DNA from: Chiloscyllium plagiosum
Lineage: Eukaryota
Direction: 5' to 3'
DNA: 20,537 nt
NCBI RefSeq assembly: GCF_004010195.1
Contig: NW_025215364.1
Span: 109,700-130,236 of the forward strand
Shown: positions 10,470 through 20,537 of the stretch, one piece after another
How positions within the stretch are numbered: position 1 is the first letter of the stretch
Layout: every line of letters begins with the position of its first letter
Notes under the pieces: model-generated
Databases searched by the model: none
What the model saw: the letters and a program-made list of their open reading frames with translations, nothing else
What the model was told of the DNA's origin: nothing
Program-made: the position numbers and the translations under genes

Positions 10470-10900
10470 CCTGAATCCAAGGCATTATTAGACTGAGGAT
10501 GACATCAAGGAGCCTGAGCAAAATCGCATTAATGAAAATTGATTGCGACCTCTTCACTGTTTTGAGTCATTCACGACACAAGGGAAGATGTTTATTATCG
10601 GTGGGCATCAATCATCTCAGCCATGGCACATCACTGCAGGAGATCCTCAGGTAGCTCACTCAGCCCTGGCATCTTCAGTTTGTTAGCAGGTAATCCCTGC
10701 AGCATGGAAGCAGGCCATTTAGCCCATTGAGTCCACACTGATCCAAAGTGGAGATATTCACTGAAGATCACACAATCTTCAGAACAATTTGTCAACCCTC
10801 TGTTTCTGAAGTAATGTGTGTCCATGTGCAACAAAACCCGAACAACATTCAGTATCGTGCTGTTAAAATCTGGGTAACATTAATGTAACAGCACTGTACA
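10470..10900 (+). mobile_element. Old non-LTR retrotransposon RT fragment (CR1/L2 group, a different family from the others)
   Basis: catcactgcaggagatcctcaggtag resembles ITAGVPQGS; upstream gagtcattcacgacacaagggaagatg resembles 'ESYLxQRKM'. Contains a short antisense SINE/CR1 tail at about 10695-10744. Confidence 0.55.
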
Positions 10901-11449
10901 TTTCCACAGCAAAAGGAGGAGTTCATTCCGCGCATCAATCTTGTTTCACAAATAGACTGCTCCATGTAGTTCCTTGTAGCTTAATTTCTCATAGTACAAA
11001 TATGTTACTTAACATGGTTTTCTGGCAGTAGGAATGAACACGATATTTAACCATTCTCCAAAATGTCTTCCATCTCCAAGAAGGCAGACCCATGATCTCT
11101 ACGGAGGTCAGATCCTGATGAGAATTACTAACTGTTTCAGAATTAAGGTATTGTGGAAGCTGACAGGACTGTGTACAATGTAACATTCAGTGCAGGGTCA
11201 CATAGGAACTGTGCAGTAAAGTGTTCAGAGTTCATTCAGAGCCTGTCTCTCTCTCTGTCTATAGACATGGGGCTCTGTGCAGGCATGTAAACCATTGGGA
11301 ATCAAGCATCCTACGAAAGGTATGAAATTTTCACTCTACTCAGCTGTTTGGGATATAATGAGTGTCCATCCATAACCAGCATGTTTCAGTTTCTCTTTCT
11401 CTCACCGTGCTACAGATTAAACACATAGTTACTGCACTCTCTCCTCATG

Positions 11450-12660
11450 GTGCCAGCATGCCATGTTTTAATCTGGTGAAACTATTTTGTGCTGTTTCGG
11501 TAACATGGAGATCATTATTTATATGGCCAAGGATATCCCAGTCCTTTAAACAACAGCACTTCCCAAACTCTCACAACTTAATAAACACAAAGAGACTGAC
11601 GGTATTTGTTGTTCACACGTGAATCATTTTAATACTTGCAAACAGATATTGCCAAAGTACTGATCCTTCAGATACCCCACAAGCCTTCAGTCCAGAGAAA
11701 AACAGTATTCTTCTCGTATCTTCATTACCCAAATTTAATCCATGTGGTATATATTCCAGCCCTACCTACCCATGGGCTCTAACATTATCTCCTCACCTGT
11801 GTTCAACTACGTAAAATATCTGCTGAAAATTCAAATACTCTACTCCCATTGGTTCTCAATTGTCGATGTCACAATTGACAATCTCCACAAACTACAGCAG
11901 GTTTATCAAAGACCATTGCCCTTTCCTGAATCTAGACTGAATCTACTCAGATCATTGTTCTCCAATTGTCTAGTTGTCACATTCCCTATAAAATGTACCA
12001 ACGATATTTTTTCTCGCAGCTGATATCAATCTATCCACTATCTGTTTGCCCTCTCCGTCCTGTTTTAAATATTTATGTTTACAATAGCTATTTTCCAGTC
12101 TGCAGGATCCTTTCCAGAATCTAACCAGCTTTGAAGAATAATCAGTAATTCTCTCACTAGCTCTATTTTCCTATCCTGAATCAGCACGGTGGCACAGTGG
12201 TTAGCACTGTTGCTTTACAGCGCCAGAGACCCAGTTCAATTCCCATCTCAAGCGACTGACTGTGTGAAGTTTGCGCATTCTCCCTGTGTCTGTGCGGGTT
12301 TGCTCCGGTTTCCTCCCACAGTCCAAAAATGTGCAGGTTCGGTGAAATGGCCATGCCAAATTGCCTGTAGTGTTAGGTGAAGGGGTGAAATGCCCGGGAA
12401 TGGGTCTGGGCTGGTTGCCCGTCGGTGTAGAGTTGTTGGGCCGAAGGGCCTGTTTCCACACTTTAAGTAATCTAATCTAAAATACTCAGGGATGTAGCTC
12501 ATCAGCTGCAGCACCTAAACAACATTCAGTTCAATGTGACTTTCAAAGACCTACATTTTAATAATTCTAATTTCCTGCTATTCCTCTTATACACCAGTCA
12601 CTCTGTTTCCAAATTTGATTTTTGTACCTTTCCCTGTGGAGACATAGCCAATGCAGTCCT
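11450..12660 (-). mobile_element. Very old CR1 ORF2 fragment, interrupted by the SINE at 12182
   Basis: Antisense remnants of DW/ANV/PxFK (ctattttccagtct, gttttaaat), QxGFRKG (ccctttcctgaatcta) and DF motif (gctgaaaattcaaata). Boundaries uncertain. Confidence 0.55.
12182..12480 (+). mobile_element. HE1-like tRNA SINE
   Basis: cacggtggcacagtggttagcac (A box), agttcaattccc (B box), tail gggccgaagggcctgtttccacac followed by aatctaatctaa; collinear with the 9020-9345 copy. Confidence 0.93.
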
Positions 12661-13264
12661 CTCAGCGAGCAGATGGCTTCTGTCAGCTAGTGATACATTG
12701 GAGGACTGCACTCAGGCCATGATGGGTATATCACCCACTCCTCCCTGGAAAGTTCCAAAATCCGTCCAATTCACTTCACAGTAATTCATGCCCCTGGTGT
12801 GAGACTACAGGTTATACTGATGGAGGAGAAACAGCTCAGGGACCATATCATATTTTAAACAGACTGGTTTCAGACTCTACAGTTGGTTTTGGTCCAGCTT
12901 AGATAAACGTTCCTGGGAATCCCAGAGTGGATACTACAGTGCCCTGCTCCTCCCTGTTTATAGAACTTCCCTTCTGAGGAGTCTCTGCTCCATTTGTTTA
13001 CCATGGACCCAGACACTCTGTAAATGCAGTGTCCAGCGTGAGGTCGCCAAATCCTCGGATCTCTCTGAATGACCCCAGCAGCTGACATTACAAACCCGAG
13101 AAAAGCATCCACAGAGCCTCCACTAAGCTTCCAAAGACAGGACCAAGTCAATTCCCGACACCCATTCGGTGGTGAAAACTATTCCACTCCTCAGTTTCTC
13201 TTCCTGGTTGAGAAAGCCGTTACGTCTCTGCACAGTCCCAAAGTTACTGTTCCTTTCTCCAAAG

Positions 13265-15187
13265 AAGCAGCTGCGAATGTTCAGGAAGAAGGTAAGGCCG
13301 ATCAGAGATAGTGAAGCAAACTTGTGCGTGGAGTCTGAGCTGATAGGGGAAGCCCTAAATGAGTTTTTTTCTTTGGTTTGTTACTAAGGAAAAGGACCCT
13401 GTTGTGAGTATAAACATTGAGGAGCTGGGAAACAGGATTGAACCTATCAAGACTGATTAAGTTCATGTGCTGGAAATTTTGGTAAACATGAAGATTGATA
13501 ATGGCCAGACCAGTTTTATCCTTATTTGCTCCGCGAAGCGAGAAAGGAGGTTGCTAAGCCGCTGTGAAGATCTTTGCTTCCTCACTCTCCACAGGAGTTA
13601 TATCGGAGAATTGGAGGGGGATGAATGTTATTCCTCTTTTCAAGAATTGGAAAAGGGACATCCCTGACAATTACAGACTAGTTAGTCTTACGTCTGTGGT
13701 TAGCAAGGTTTTGGAAAGAATTCTGATGGGTAGAATTTATGACTATTTGGAAAAACATAGCGTGATTAAAGGTAATCAGCATGGCTTTGAGAGGCAAAAA
13801 TGAGGACTCCAGATGTTGGAAAGCAGAGTCTAGATTTGAATGGCACTGGAGTAACACAGCAGGTCAGGCAGCAGCTGAGGAGCAGGAAAATAGACGTTTT
13901 GGGCAAAAGCCTGATGCAGGGCTTTTGCCCAAAATGTCGATTTTACATGGCTTTGAGAGGGACAGGTCCTGCCTCACAAATTTTATTGAGTTCTTGGAGG
14001 AAGTGATTAGACAGTTCAATGAAGGTTGAGCAGTGGATGTGGTGTATGTGGACTTCAGCAAGGCATTTGATAAGTTTCCCCATGGTAGGCTCAGTCGTAA
14101 AGTCAGGAGGTATGGGATACAGGGAGATTTGGCTTTCCGGATTTAGAATTGGCTGGCTGACAGAAGGCAGAGAGTGATTGCAGATAGAAAGTATTCTACC
14201 TGGAGGTGAGTGGTGAGTGGTGTCTCACAGGGCTCTGTTCTTGAGTTTCTGTTCTTTGTAGTTTTCAGAAATAACTTGGATGAGGAGGTTGAGGATTGAG
14301 TTAGTAAAGTTGCCGATGATGCAAAGGTTGGAGGTGTTGTTGTTAGTATCGCGGGCTATTGCTGGCAGCAGCGCGACATAGGCAGGATAGAGAGACTGGC
14401 TGAGAAATGGCAGATGGAGTTCAACCTGGATAAACGTGAAGTAATGCATTTTGGAAGGTCGAACTTGAATGCTGAATATAGGATTAAAGACAGGTTTCTT
14501 GTCGTGTGGAGGAACAGATTGATCTTGGTGTTCAATTGCACAGATTCCTCAAAGTTGCCACCCAAGTAGATAAGTTTGTTAAGAAAGCATATGGTGTTTT
14601 GACTCTCATTAACAGTGGGATGAAGTTTAAGAGCCGCGAGTCTTTGCTCCAGTTCTACAAGACTCTACAAGTTCTGGTCGCTATACTACAGGAAAGATAC
14701 ACAGGCTTTGGAGAGCGTACAAAGAAGGTTTACTAAGCTGCTGCCTGGACTGGAGGGCTTGTCTTACAAAGCAAGGTTGACTAAGCTCAGACTTTTCTCT
14801 CTAGAGAGAAGGGGGAATAAAGGTGACCTGATCGAGGTGCACAAGGTTATGTGAGGCATGGGTACAGTCAATAGCCAGAGACTTTTCCCCAGGGCAGGAT
14901 TGACTGGTATGAGGAGTCATAGTTTTAAGATATTAGGAGAAAGGTATAGAGAAGATGTCAGAGGTAGGTTCTTTATGCAGAGAGTTGTGAATGCATGGAA
15001 TGTATTACCAGCAGTGGTGGTGAAAACAGAGTCATTAGGGACATTTAAGTGACTGCTGGACATGCACATGGGCAGCAGTGAGTTGAAGGGTTATGCTATT
15101 TTCTTTTCGATTAGCAATAATGTTTGGCATAACATCATGGGCCGAAGGGCCTGTTCTGTGCTGATCTTTTCTATGTTCTATGTTCTA
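13265..15187 (+). mobile_element. 5'-truncated CR1 LINE (longest copy) with (TTCTATG)n tail
   Basis: EALNEFF, WRGMNVIPLFK, NYRLVSLTS, QHGF, CLTNFIEF, gacttcagcaaggcatttgataag (DFSKAFDK), gccgatgat (ADD), FFMQRVVNAWNVLP; tail ttctatgttctatgttcta. Confidence 0.95.
13795..13945 (-). mobile_element. Short PLE pLTR-type insertion ending in a fold-back of the hammerhead motif; 15-bp TSD
   Basis: TSD catggctttgagagg at 13780-13794 and 13946-13960; 25-bp inverted arms 13887-13911 and 13920-13944 with 2 mismatches; ctgatgcagggcttttgcccaaaatgtc is a mutated CUGAUGA-GGGC/GCCC-GAAA-CGUC. Confidence 0.82.
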
Positions 15188-15840
15188 GTAGGCTATTCGG
15201 CCCCTCAAGCCTGCACTGTTATTCAATAAGAACATGGCTGCTCTACTCCACTCAACTCCACTTTCCTGCTAACCCGTTGTATCCCTCACTTCACTGATAC
15301 GTCAAAAACCAATCCACCCCGTCTGTAAGTTGCTTCAGTGTCTCAACCTGTACAACTCTCTGGCTTTGGGAGCTGAGAGAAGGCGGCATGGTGGCTCACA
15401 GCACCAGAGTCCCAGGCTCGATTCCAGCCTTGGGCGACTGCCTGTGTGGAGTTTGCACAGTTTCTGCGTGTCTGCGTGGGTTTGCTCCCGTTTCCTCCCA
15501 CAGTCCAAAGATCTACAGGTCAGGTGAATTGGCCAAGCTAAATTGCACATAGTGTGCGGTAGATGAGTCAGGGGTAAATGTAGGGCAATGGGTCTGCACG
15601 GGTTGCTCTTCCGAGGGTCAGTGTGGACTTGGGCTGAAGGGCTTGTTTCCACACTGTAGGGAATCTAATCGAATAATTTCTTTATATCTCAGTTGAAAAT
15701 CGATATCCCTTATTCTGTATCTATATCCCCGAGTTCAAGACTCTGCCGAGGTGTGGAACAACATTCTCAACATCTACCTTGTGAAGCCCTCTCTGTATCT
15801 TGTACATTTCAGTAACATCACCATCATTCATTTCAACTAC
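15188..15840 (-). mobile_element. Old CR1 3' fragment, tail-to-tail with the previous CR1 and interrupted by a SINE
   Basis: gtaggctattcggcccctcaagcctg...aagaacatggctg tail motif; ORF 15721-15906 GDVTEMYKIQRGLHKVD. Confidence 0.78.
15381..15670 (+). mobile_element. HE1-like SINE with a deletion in the tRNA head
   Basis: ggcggcatggtggc|tcacagcaccagag lacks about 21 nt (acagtggttagcactgctgcc) relative to the other copies; body and tail (gaagggcttgtttccacactgtagggaatctaatc) are homologous. Confidence 0.9.
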
Positions 15841-16139
15841 AATGAATAAACGCTTCACCATTTTAGATGTACTCAATAATTCAACCCTGACATTCCAGGT
15901 ACCCATCTAAAGAACCAATCCAGCTACTTGCTGCATCAGCATGCTGTCTTCATATTTGACACACAGGAACACTCTAATCCCTTTATACTGCTCCTTTTCT
16001 GTGAGTTTCCTTTATTAAATAACAACCAGCCTTTTGGTTCTCAGTGTGATCCTCAAACTTGGATGTATATTGCACTCAGCTCCCACCATCAGGCCACCAG
16101 TGTAGATTGTAAGTAATTCATGCCATCGGACTGATATTT

Positions 16140-17050
16140 GTGGTACTCGAGTTATTTTAACTCCAGTACATTTTATCATAACGATCCATTAATCCTGACT
16201 CCCGAATTTCTATGGGTTAACCAACCATCAACCATGCTGCGATATTATCTGTCATACTATTGGCTTCTGTCTTGTGTAAGAACCTTTATTTTGGAACACC
16301 TTTTGGAAAATCTCTGGAAAGCCTCATGTCTAACAGTTCCCTTTATCAAATCTGCTTGTTGCATTCTCAGGGATCTGCAAAAAAAATTGAATGATATTAC
16401 AGGCAAAATATACTTTCCCTTTCACAAAACTATGCTGATCCTGAGTGAAGCTTTTCTTAATGCCCTGCAATTCCTTCCTTAATAACAGACTCTCGCAGAC
16501 ACCCAGCAATGGTCGTGAGGCTAAATGGATTCTGCTTTCTGCCTTGTTCCTTTCTTGAAGACAGGCGCCGCATTGGAGTTTCTCCTGTTGTGCTGGAACA
16601 CTCCTGTAATCCAGAGAGTTATGGATTATTTCACACAGTACCACCAGTCACTCAGCAACCACTTCTTTTAAAACCAGCTATGCATTACTGCTGCCTTGTC
16701 TACAATTTGTCTTATCTGTTTGTTAAAAAAATCCTTGTGCTGTTTGATAGAGGCAGTTCAAGAACTTCCTTCTGAATACCATTTTGACTATAGCGTTGGA
16801 ATACTTACAGTGCCTTCCCCATGAGGAATGATGTAAATTACTGTTATAAATTATCTACCTATACCCTGTAGCCAGTTCCCCAGTCACGCCTTCCAAATGT
16901 CCTCAATATACTTTCCTGACTTCATTTCTACAAAAGGTCACACACTCATCTTCAACTTTCTTTATATACTCGGAAAAGCTCGTGCTGCTTGTTTTTCATA
17001 CTTCTTGCCAATTTGCTTACGTCATGTCTTTGCTTCCCTTTTCCTCGCTT
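16140..17050 (-). mobile_element. Very old CR1 ORF2 fragment
   Basis: ORF 16330-16644 contains DQHSFVKGK..C and FDKGN, matching the QHGFxKGKSC...DxG region of CR1 RT. Boundaries uncertain. Confidence 0.6.
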
Positions 17051-17056
17051 TCTAGA

Positions 17057-17440
17057 TTCATACAGTCACATACTGCACAAACAGACCTTTTGTTCCAACT
17101 TGTCCATGCTGACCAGGTATTCCAAAATAAACTAATCCCATCTGCTTGCATTTGACCCATTTGCATTTGAATGTTTCCCATTTATATGTTTGTCCAAATG
17201 CCTTTAAAATGTAGCTGTACTTGCATCTTCCACTCTGGCATCTCATTCAATAAGACACCATCCTCTGCGTCAAAAAAAGCCCCTTTGTCCATTTTAATCT
17301 TCACCCTTGCACCTTCAAGCTGTGTCCTCTATGTTTGAACACCCCTATCCTGTTGATAAGACCTTGGCTATTGACCTTATCCATGTCTGTCATTTTTTAT
17401 AATCTTCAATAATGTCATCCCTCAACCTGCCCAACTCCAG
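17057..17440 (-). mobile_element. CR1 3' fragment (ORF2 end plus UTR)
   Basis: Antisense of FLTQRMV (accatcctctgcgtcaaaaaaa) and of the 3' UTR shared with 4950-5050 (ttgtccatgctgaccag vs ctggtcggcatggac). Confidence 0.88.
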
Positions 17441-18438
17441 CTGATATTAACTTCAAGAACAAGCATTTAAAAATAAGCACTGCAACTTTGAAACAATGTT
17501 AAAAATGGCAGGTAAAAACACTCAGCCCAGACTTCATACTGTGATTTGTTTTTCTCCATGCTACAACTACTGAAGCAGCGTGAAACTCTTACTAGAACCA
17601 ATAAGAAGTCAAACACCTGAATTCCTTTGTCTAAAGGTGGTGAGGATCTCTGCAGTGAAAACGCATCTCTGGCCAGATCCATGCAATAAGGGGACTTCTT
17701 ATACCATAGGGTCAGCGTGCAGTTGCCTTTAGCAGAGTGAGATGAAGGGTGAGTATTCTTTCTGAAATTTGCATCAAAGTGTGAAATCAGTGCAAAGGGG
17801 GAAAGGTTTTCAATAAGGTTTACTGCATGAAGGAAACTTTCCGGAATGGTATGTGAGTGGGAGGTGGAAAACAGCATGAATGGAGAGGCCAAGCCACACT
17901 GAGACCAGAGGCAAGGTGGCAGCACAAAACGCAGCTTGATGCTAGTGCAGGGAAGGTAGACTTGATCAAAGAGCTTCAGGTGAAGTGGCGAGGCACCATA
18001 ATGTGAGAGAATGTGCTCTGTAATTGGAGAGGGAAAGCTGGAATCAGGAAGGGGAGACGAGCAGGGAAGAGGATTGACTACCAATGGCAGGGGTTTCTGG
18101 GGGTAATTCAGGAAGCACAGCTGACATTCATGCCCAGCATCTGTTTATGGTCCCTGAAATAGACATCCTAAATCTGGCCCTACATTGATGTTCATCAAAT
18201 TGTGATTGAATAGTGTCCTTGACAACTTTTGTCAACCAAGGGTATTTCATCTTCTCACCGAGTCCTTTTTGAATCGAAACAATAATTGCCGAGCATTATA
18301 GGATATCTGCTTGAACGTCTGCCCATGTACACTCACTGACCTTCCACTTGGTCGACTTCCACATCCTGCTTCAGACCAGATGTCAGGCAGAAATCCTCAA
18401 TTTAGATGTCTGGTTTGTTCGGGGGAACTTCTGCAATC

Positions 18439-19673
18439 ATACAGGAATTCTTGGACATCATCAGAAATATGCACATAGACATAGAAGAAACCATGATATC
18501 ATTCGATGTGACGGCACTGTTCACTTCGATTGACAAAACCCTAGCCAGAGAAACAATAGCCAACCTACTGGACATACAAAACAGAAAACAGGACGCTGAA
18601 CCTATCAACAAAGACGGCATACTTAAACTACTGGACTTGTGCCTCACAACACACTTCACATTCAACAACCAGATATACGAACAAATCAACGAAACACCCA
18701 TGGGATCACCAATCTCGGGACTCATAGCAGAGGCAGTTATGCAAAGGTTAGAACAAACAGTCCTACCACAAATTCAACCCAAACTCTGGTTTGGGTCAGA
18801 TATGTCGATGACACGTTTGTAATAATTAAAAACACGGAAATAGAAAAAACACACCGGATCATCAGCGCCACACTCACAGGAATCCGATTCACCAGAGAAG
18901 AAGAAAAGGATGCCAACTCCCATTCCGAGACGTGATGGTACAGAGAACACCGAACGGAGAATTCACTACAAGGGTATACAGGAAAGCCACACATACAGAC
19001 CAAGTCCTAAACTATGAAAGTAACCACCCCAACACACACAAACGAAGCTGCATCAGGACACTATTCAAAAGGGCCACAACACACTGCAGTACACCAGATA
19101 TACGAACAAATCAACGAAACACCCATGGGATCACCAATCTCGGGACTCATAGCAGAGGCCAGACTACTGCGACCCCGAGGACTCATAACGGCACACAAAC
19201 CAACAGTCACGCTCAGACAACAATTCACCAGAATGAAGGACCCGATACCCAACATGAGCAAAACTAATGTAGTGTACAAAATACCATGCAAAGACTGCAC
19301 AAAACACTATATAGGACAAACAGGAAGACAGCTAACAATCCGCATACATGAACATTAACTAGCCACGAAACGACACGACCAGCTATCCTTAGTAGCCACA
19401 CACGCAGACAACAAGCAACATGAATTCGACTGGGACAACACTGCTATCATAGGGCAAGCCAGACAGAGAACAGCCAGGGAATTCCTAGATGCATGGCATT
19501 CATCCACAAACTCCATCAACAAACACATCGACCTGGACCCAATATACCAACCACTACAGCGGACAGCTGAAACTAACAACCAGAAGCAGCAGGGACAGAC
19601 CACTATAAACACCGGAGGAAACATCAAAGAAGCGCTTCGCAGGAGGCTCCCAAGCACTGATGATGTCGCCTAG
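18439..19673 (+). pseudogene. Disrupted PLE RT-GIY-YIG ORF
   Basis: Frameshifts near 18790 (just before YVDD), 18910 and 19095; premature TAA at 19356-19358; the frame then continues LATKRHD..FDWDN..REFLDAWHS..INKHIDL to TAG at 19671-19673. Confidence 0.9.
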
Positions 19674-19693
19674 CCAGGGGACGAAACGTTTGC
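19654..19693 (+). ncRNA. Minimal type I hammerhead ribozyme at the PLE 3' end
   Basis: GCA-CUGAUGA-u-GUCgCCU(agcc)AGGgGAC-GAAA-CGUU^UGC: both core boxes intact, stem II, palindromic AAACGUUU in place of stem III, 3-bp stem I GCA/UGC. Confidence 0.82.
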
Positions 19694-19849
19694 AACAAAA
19701 ACTTCCAGCTCGGCGAACAGAACCACAGCAATGAACACATGATCAGCTGAGGCTGACTCCATTCGCCCAGTTTCTCTCTGTTGTTTCTGTTTGATGATGC
19801 CAAATTGCAGCGAGCTGCCTATGCTGTGATCTCCTTTTCCTTCAAACTA

Positions 19850-20537
19850 GAAATCCCCTAACTCCGGTGGATAGGGCCTTCAGCTATGACTGTCCCATTT
19901 CCCGCAGTGTTGCCCTCACTCTGTCCCTTCCTTTCCAGAGCAATGATAGATCTCCCCTTGTCCTCATTTCTCACTGCACTGGAATCCACATTCACAGAAT
20001 CATCCTCCGCCACATCCAACACCTCCAGCAGGGCAGCACCATGAAACACATCCTCCCCTCCCGTCCACTGTTAGTATTTCACAGGGATAATTCCATCTGT
20101 GACACCCTCCATCAACCCGAACACTTCTTCCCCCTCCATGGCAACTTCCCATGCAATTGCCATTCACCTCTTTCCTCCTCACTGCCCAAGGGCCAAATCA
20201 TAACTTCCAAGTGAAAAAGCATTTCATTTCTACTCTTTCAATCCAGTCTCTTAGGCGAAATTGTGGACTTCACATGCTGGAGATTAGAGTGGTGCTGGAA
20301 ATGGACAGCAGGTCAGGCAGCTTCCAAGGAGCAGGAAAATCGAAATCATCTGGAAGGGCTTTTGCCCAATCCAGTCTCTTGTCAATCCTGCTAACAATAC
20401 AGTATCCCTGACATTGCTAAGACCAAACAGAAACTGCTTCGAGAAACACTCTCACTCTTTCGGAATAATTCTGACTGTCTTATTGCTTCCCATTTCAATA
20501 ACCTACCTTGCTCTCATGCTAACATTTCGGTCCTGGG
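19850..20537 (+). mobile_element. Older Penelope-like element (Neptune type), decayed linker and GIY-YIG region, running off the window
   Basis: DRSPLVLI..IHRIILRHIQHLQ..KHILPSRPLLVFHRDNSICDTL, GNFPCN..CPFTS (Cys linker), degenerate NxVxCxxC..I.KTK, and HFN..PCSHANISVLG. Confidence 0.82.
20253..20366 (-). mobile_element. Short PLE pLTR-type insertion with an inverted hammerhead stem-II remnant; 14-bp TSD
   Basis: TSD caatccagtctctt at 20239-20252 and 20367-20380; collinear with 13795-13890 (gtggtgctggaa, cagcaggtcaggcagc, ggagcaggaaaat); ends gaagggcttttgcc(c). Confidence 0.82.

Larger units (their letters stand above)
18435..19730 (+). mobile_element. 5'-truncated Penelope-like retroelement (Penelope/Poseidon type), RT + GIY-YIG
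   Basis: RT motifs SFDVTALFTSI, PMGSPISG, RYVDD, thumb VYRKATHT/NHP; GIY-YIG NVVYKIPCKDCTKHYIGQTGR..RIHEH; A/C-rich sense strand; 3' hammerhead. Confidence 0.95.

Noticed and set aside
18405..18437. tggtttgttcg as an inverted copy of the PLE 3' tail, and gcaat (18433/19728) as its TSD
   Set aside because: Matches are too short and gapped to distinguish from chance.
3625..19673. Any intact or domesticated RT gene (retron, telomerase-like, active LINE)
   Set aside because: Every RT-bearing segment is 5'-truncated with stops or frameshifts and matches ordinary CR1 or PLE motifs.

Overview
Eukaryotic, retroelement-saturated, largely non-coding DNA. The repeat complement (HE1-type tRNA SINEs with CR1-like tails, many CR1/HER1-type LINEs) points to a cartilaginous fish, probably a shark; this is an inference from recalled repeat families, not a database result. 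The window holds about a dozen 5'-truncated, decayed CR1 fragments on both strands, several of them nested, plus three HE1-like SINEs, microsatellites and a degenerate 60-66 bp tandem repeat. There are two Penelope-like elements (PLEs): a young RT + GIY-YIG copy (18435-19730) whose ORF ends inside an intact-looking minimal hammerhead ribozyme, and an older Neptune-type fragment at the right edge. The most notable signal is three independent 114-151 bp insertions with 10-15 bp target-site duplications. They look like PLE 3' termini, and all break at a hammerhead motif, two with an inverted copy of it. Most ORFs in the track are TE fragments or repeat artefacts. No host gene is confidently recognised; only weak exon candidates are reported. 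Boundaries of the older elements are approximate.
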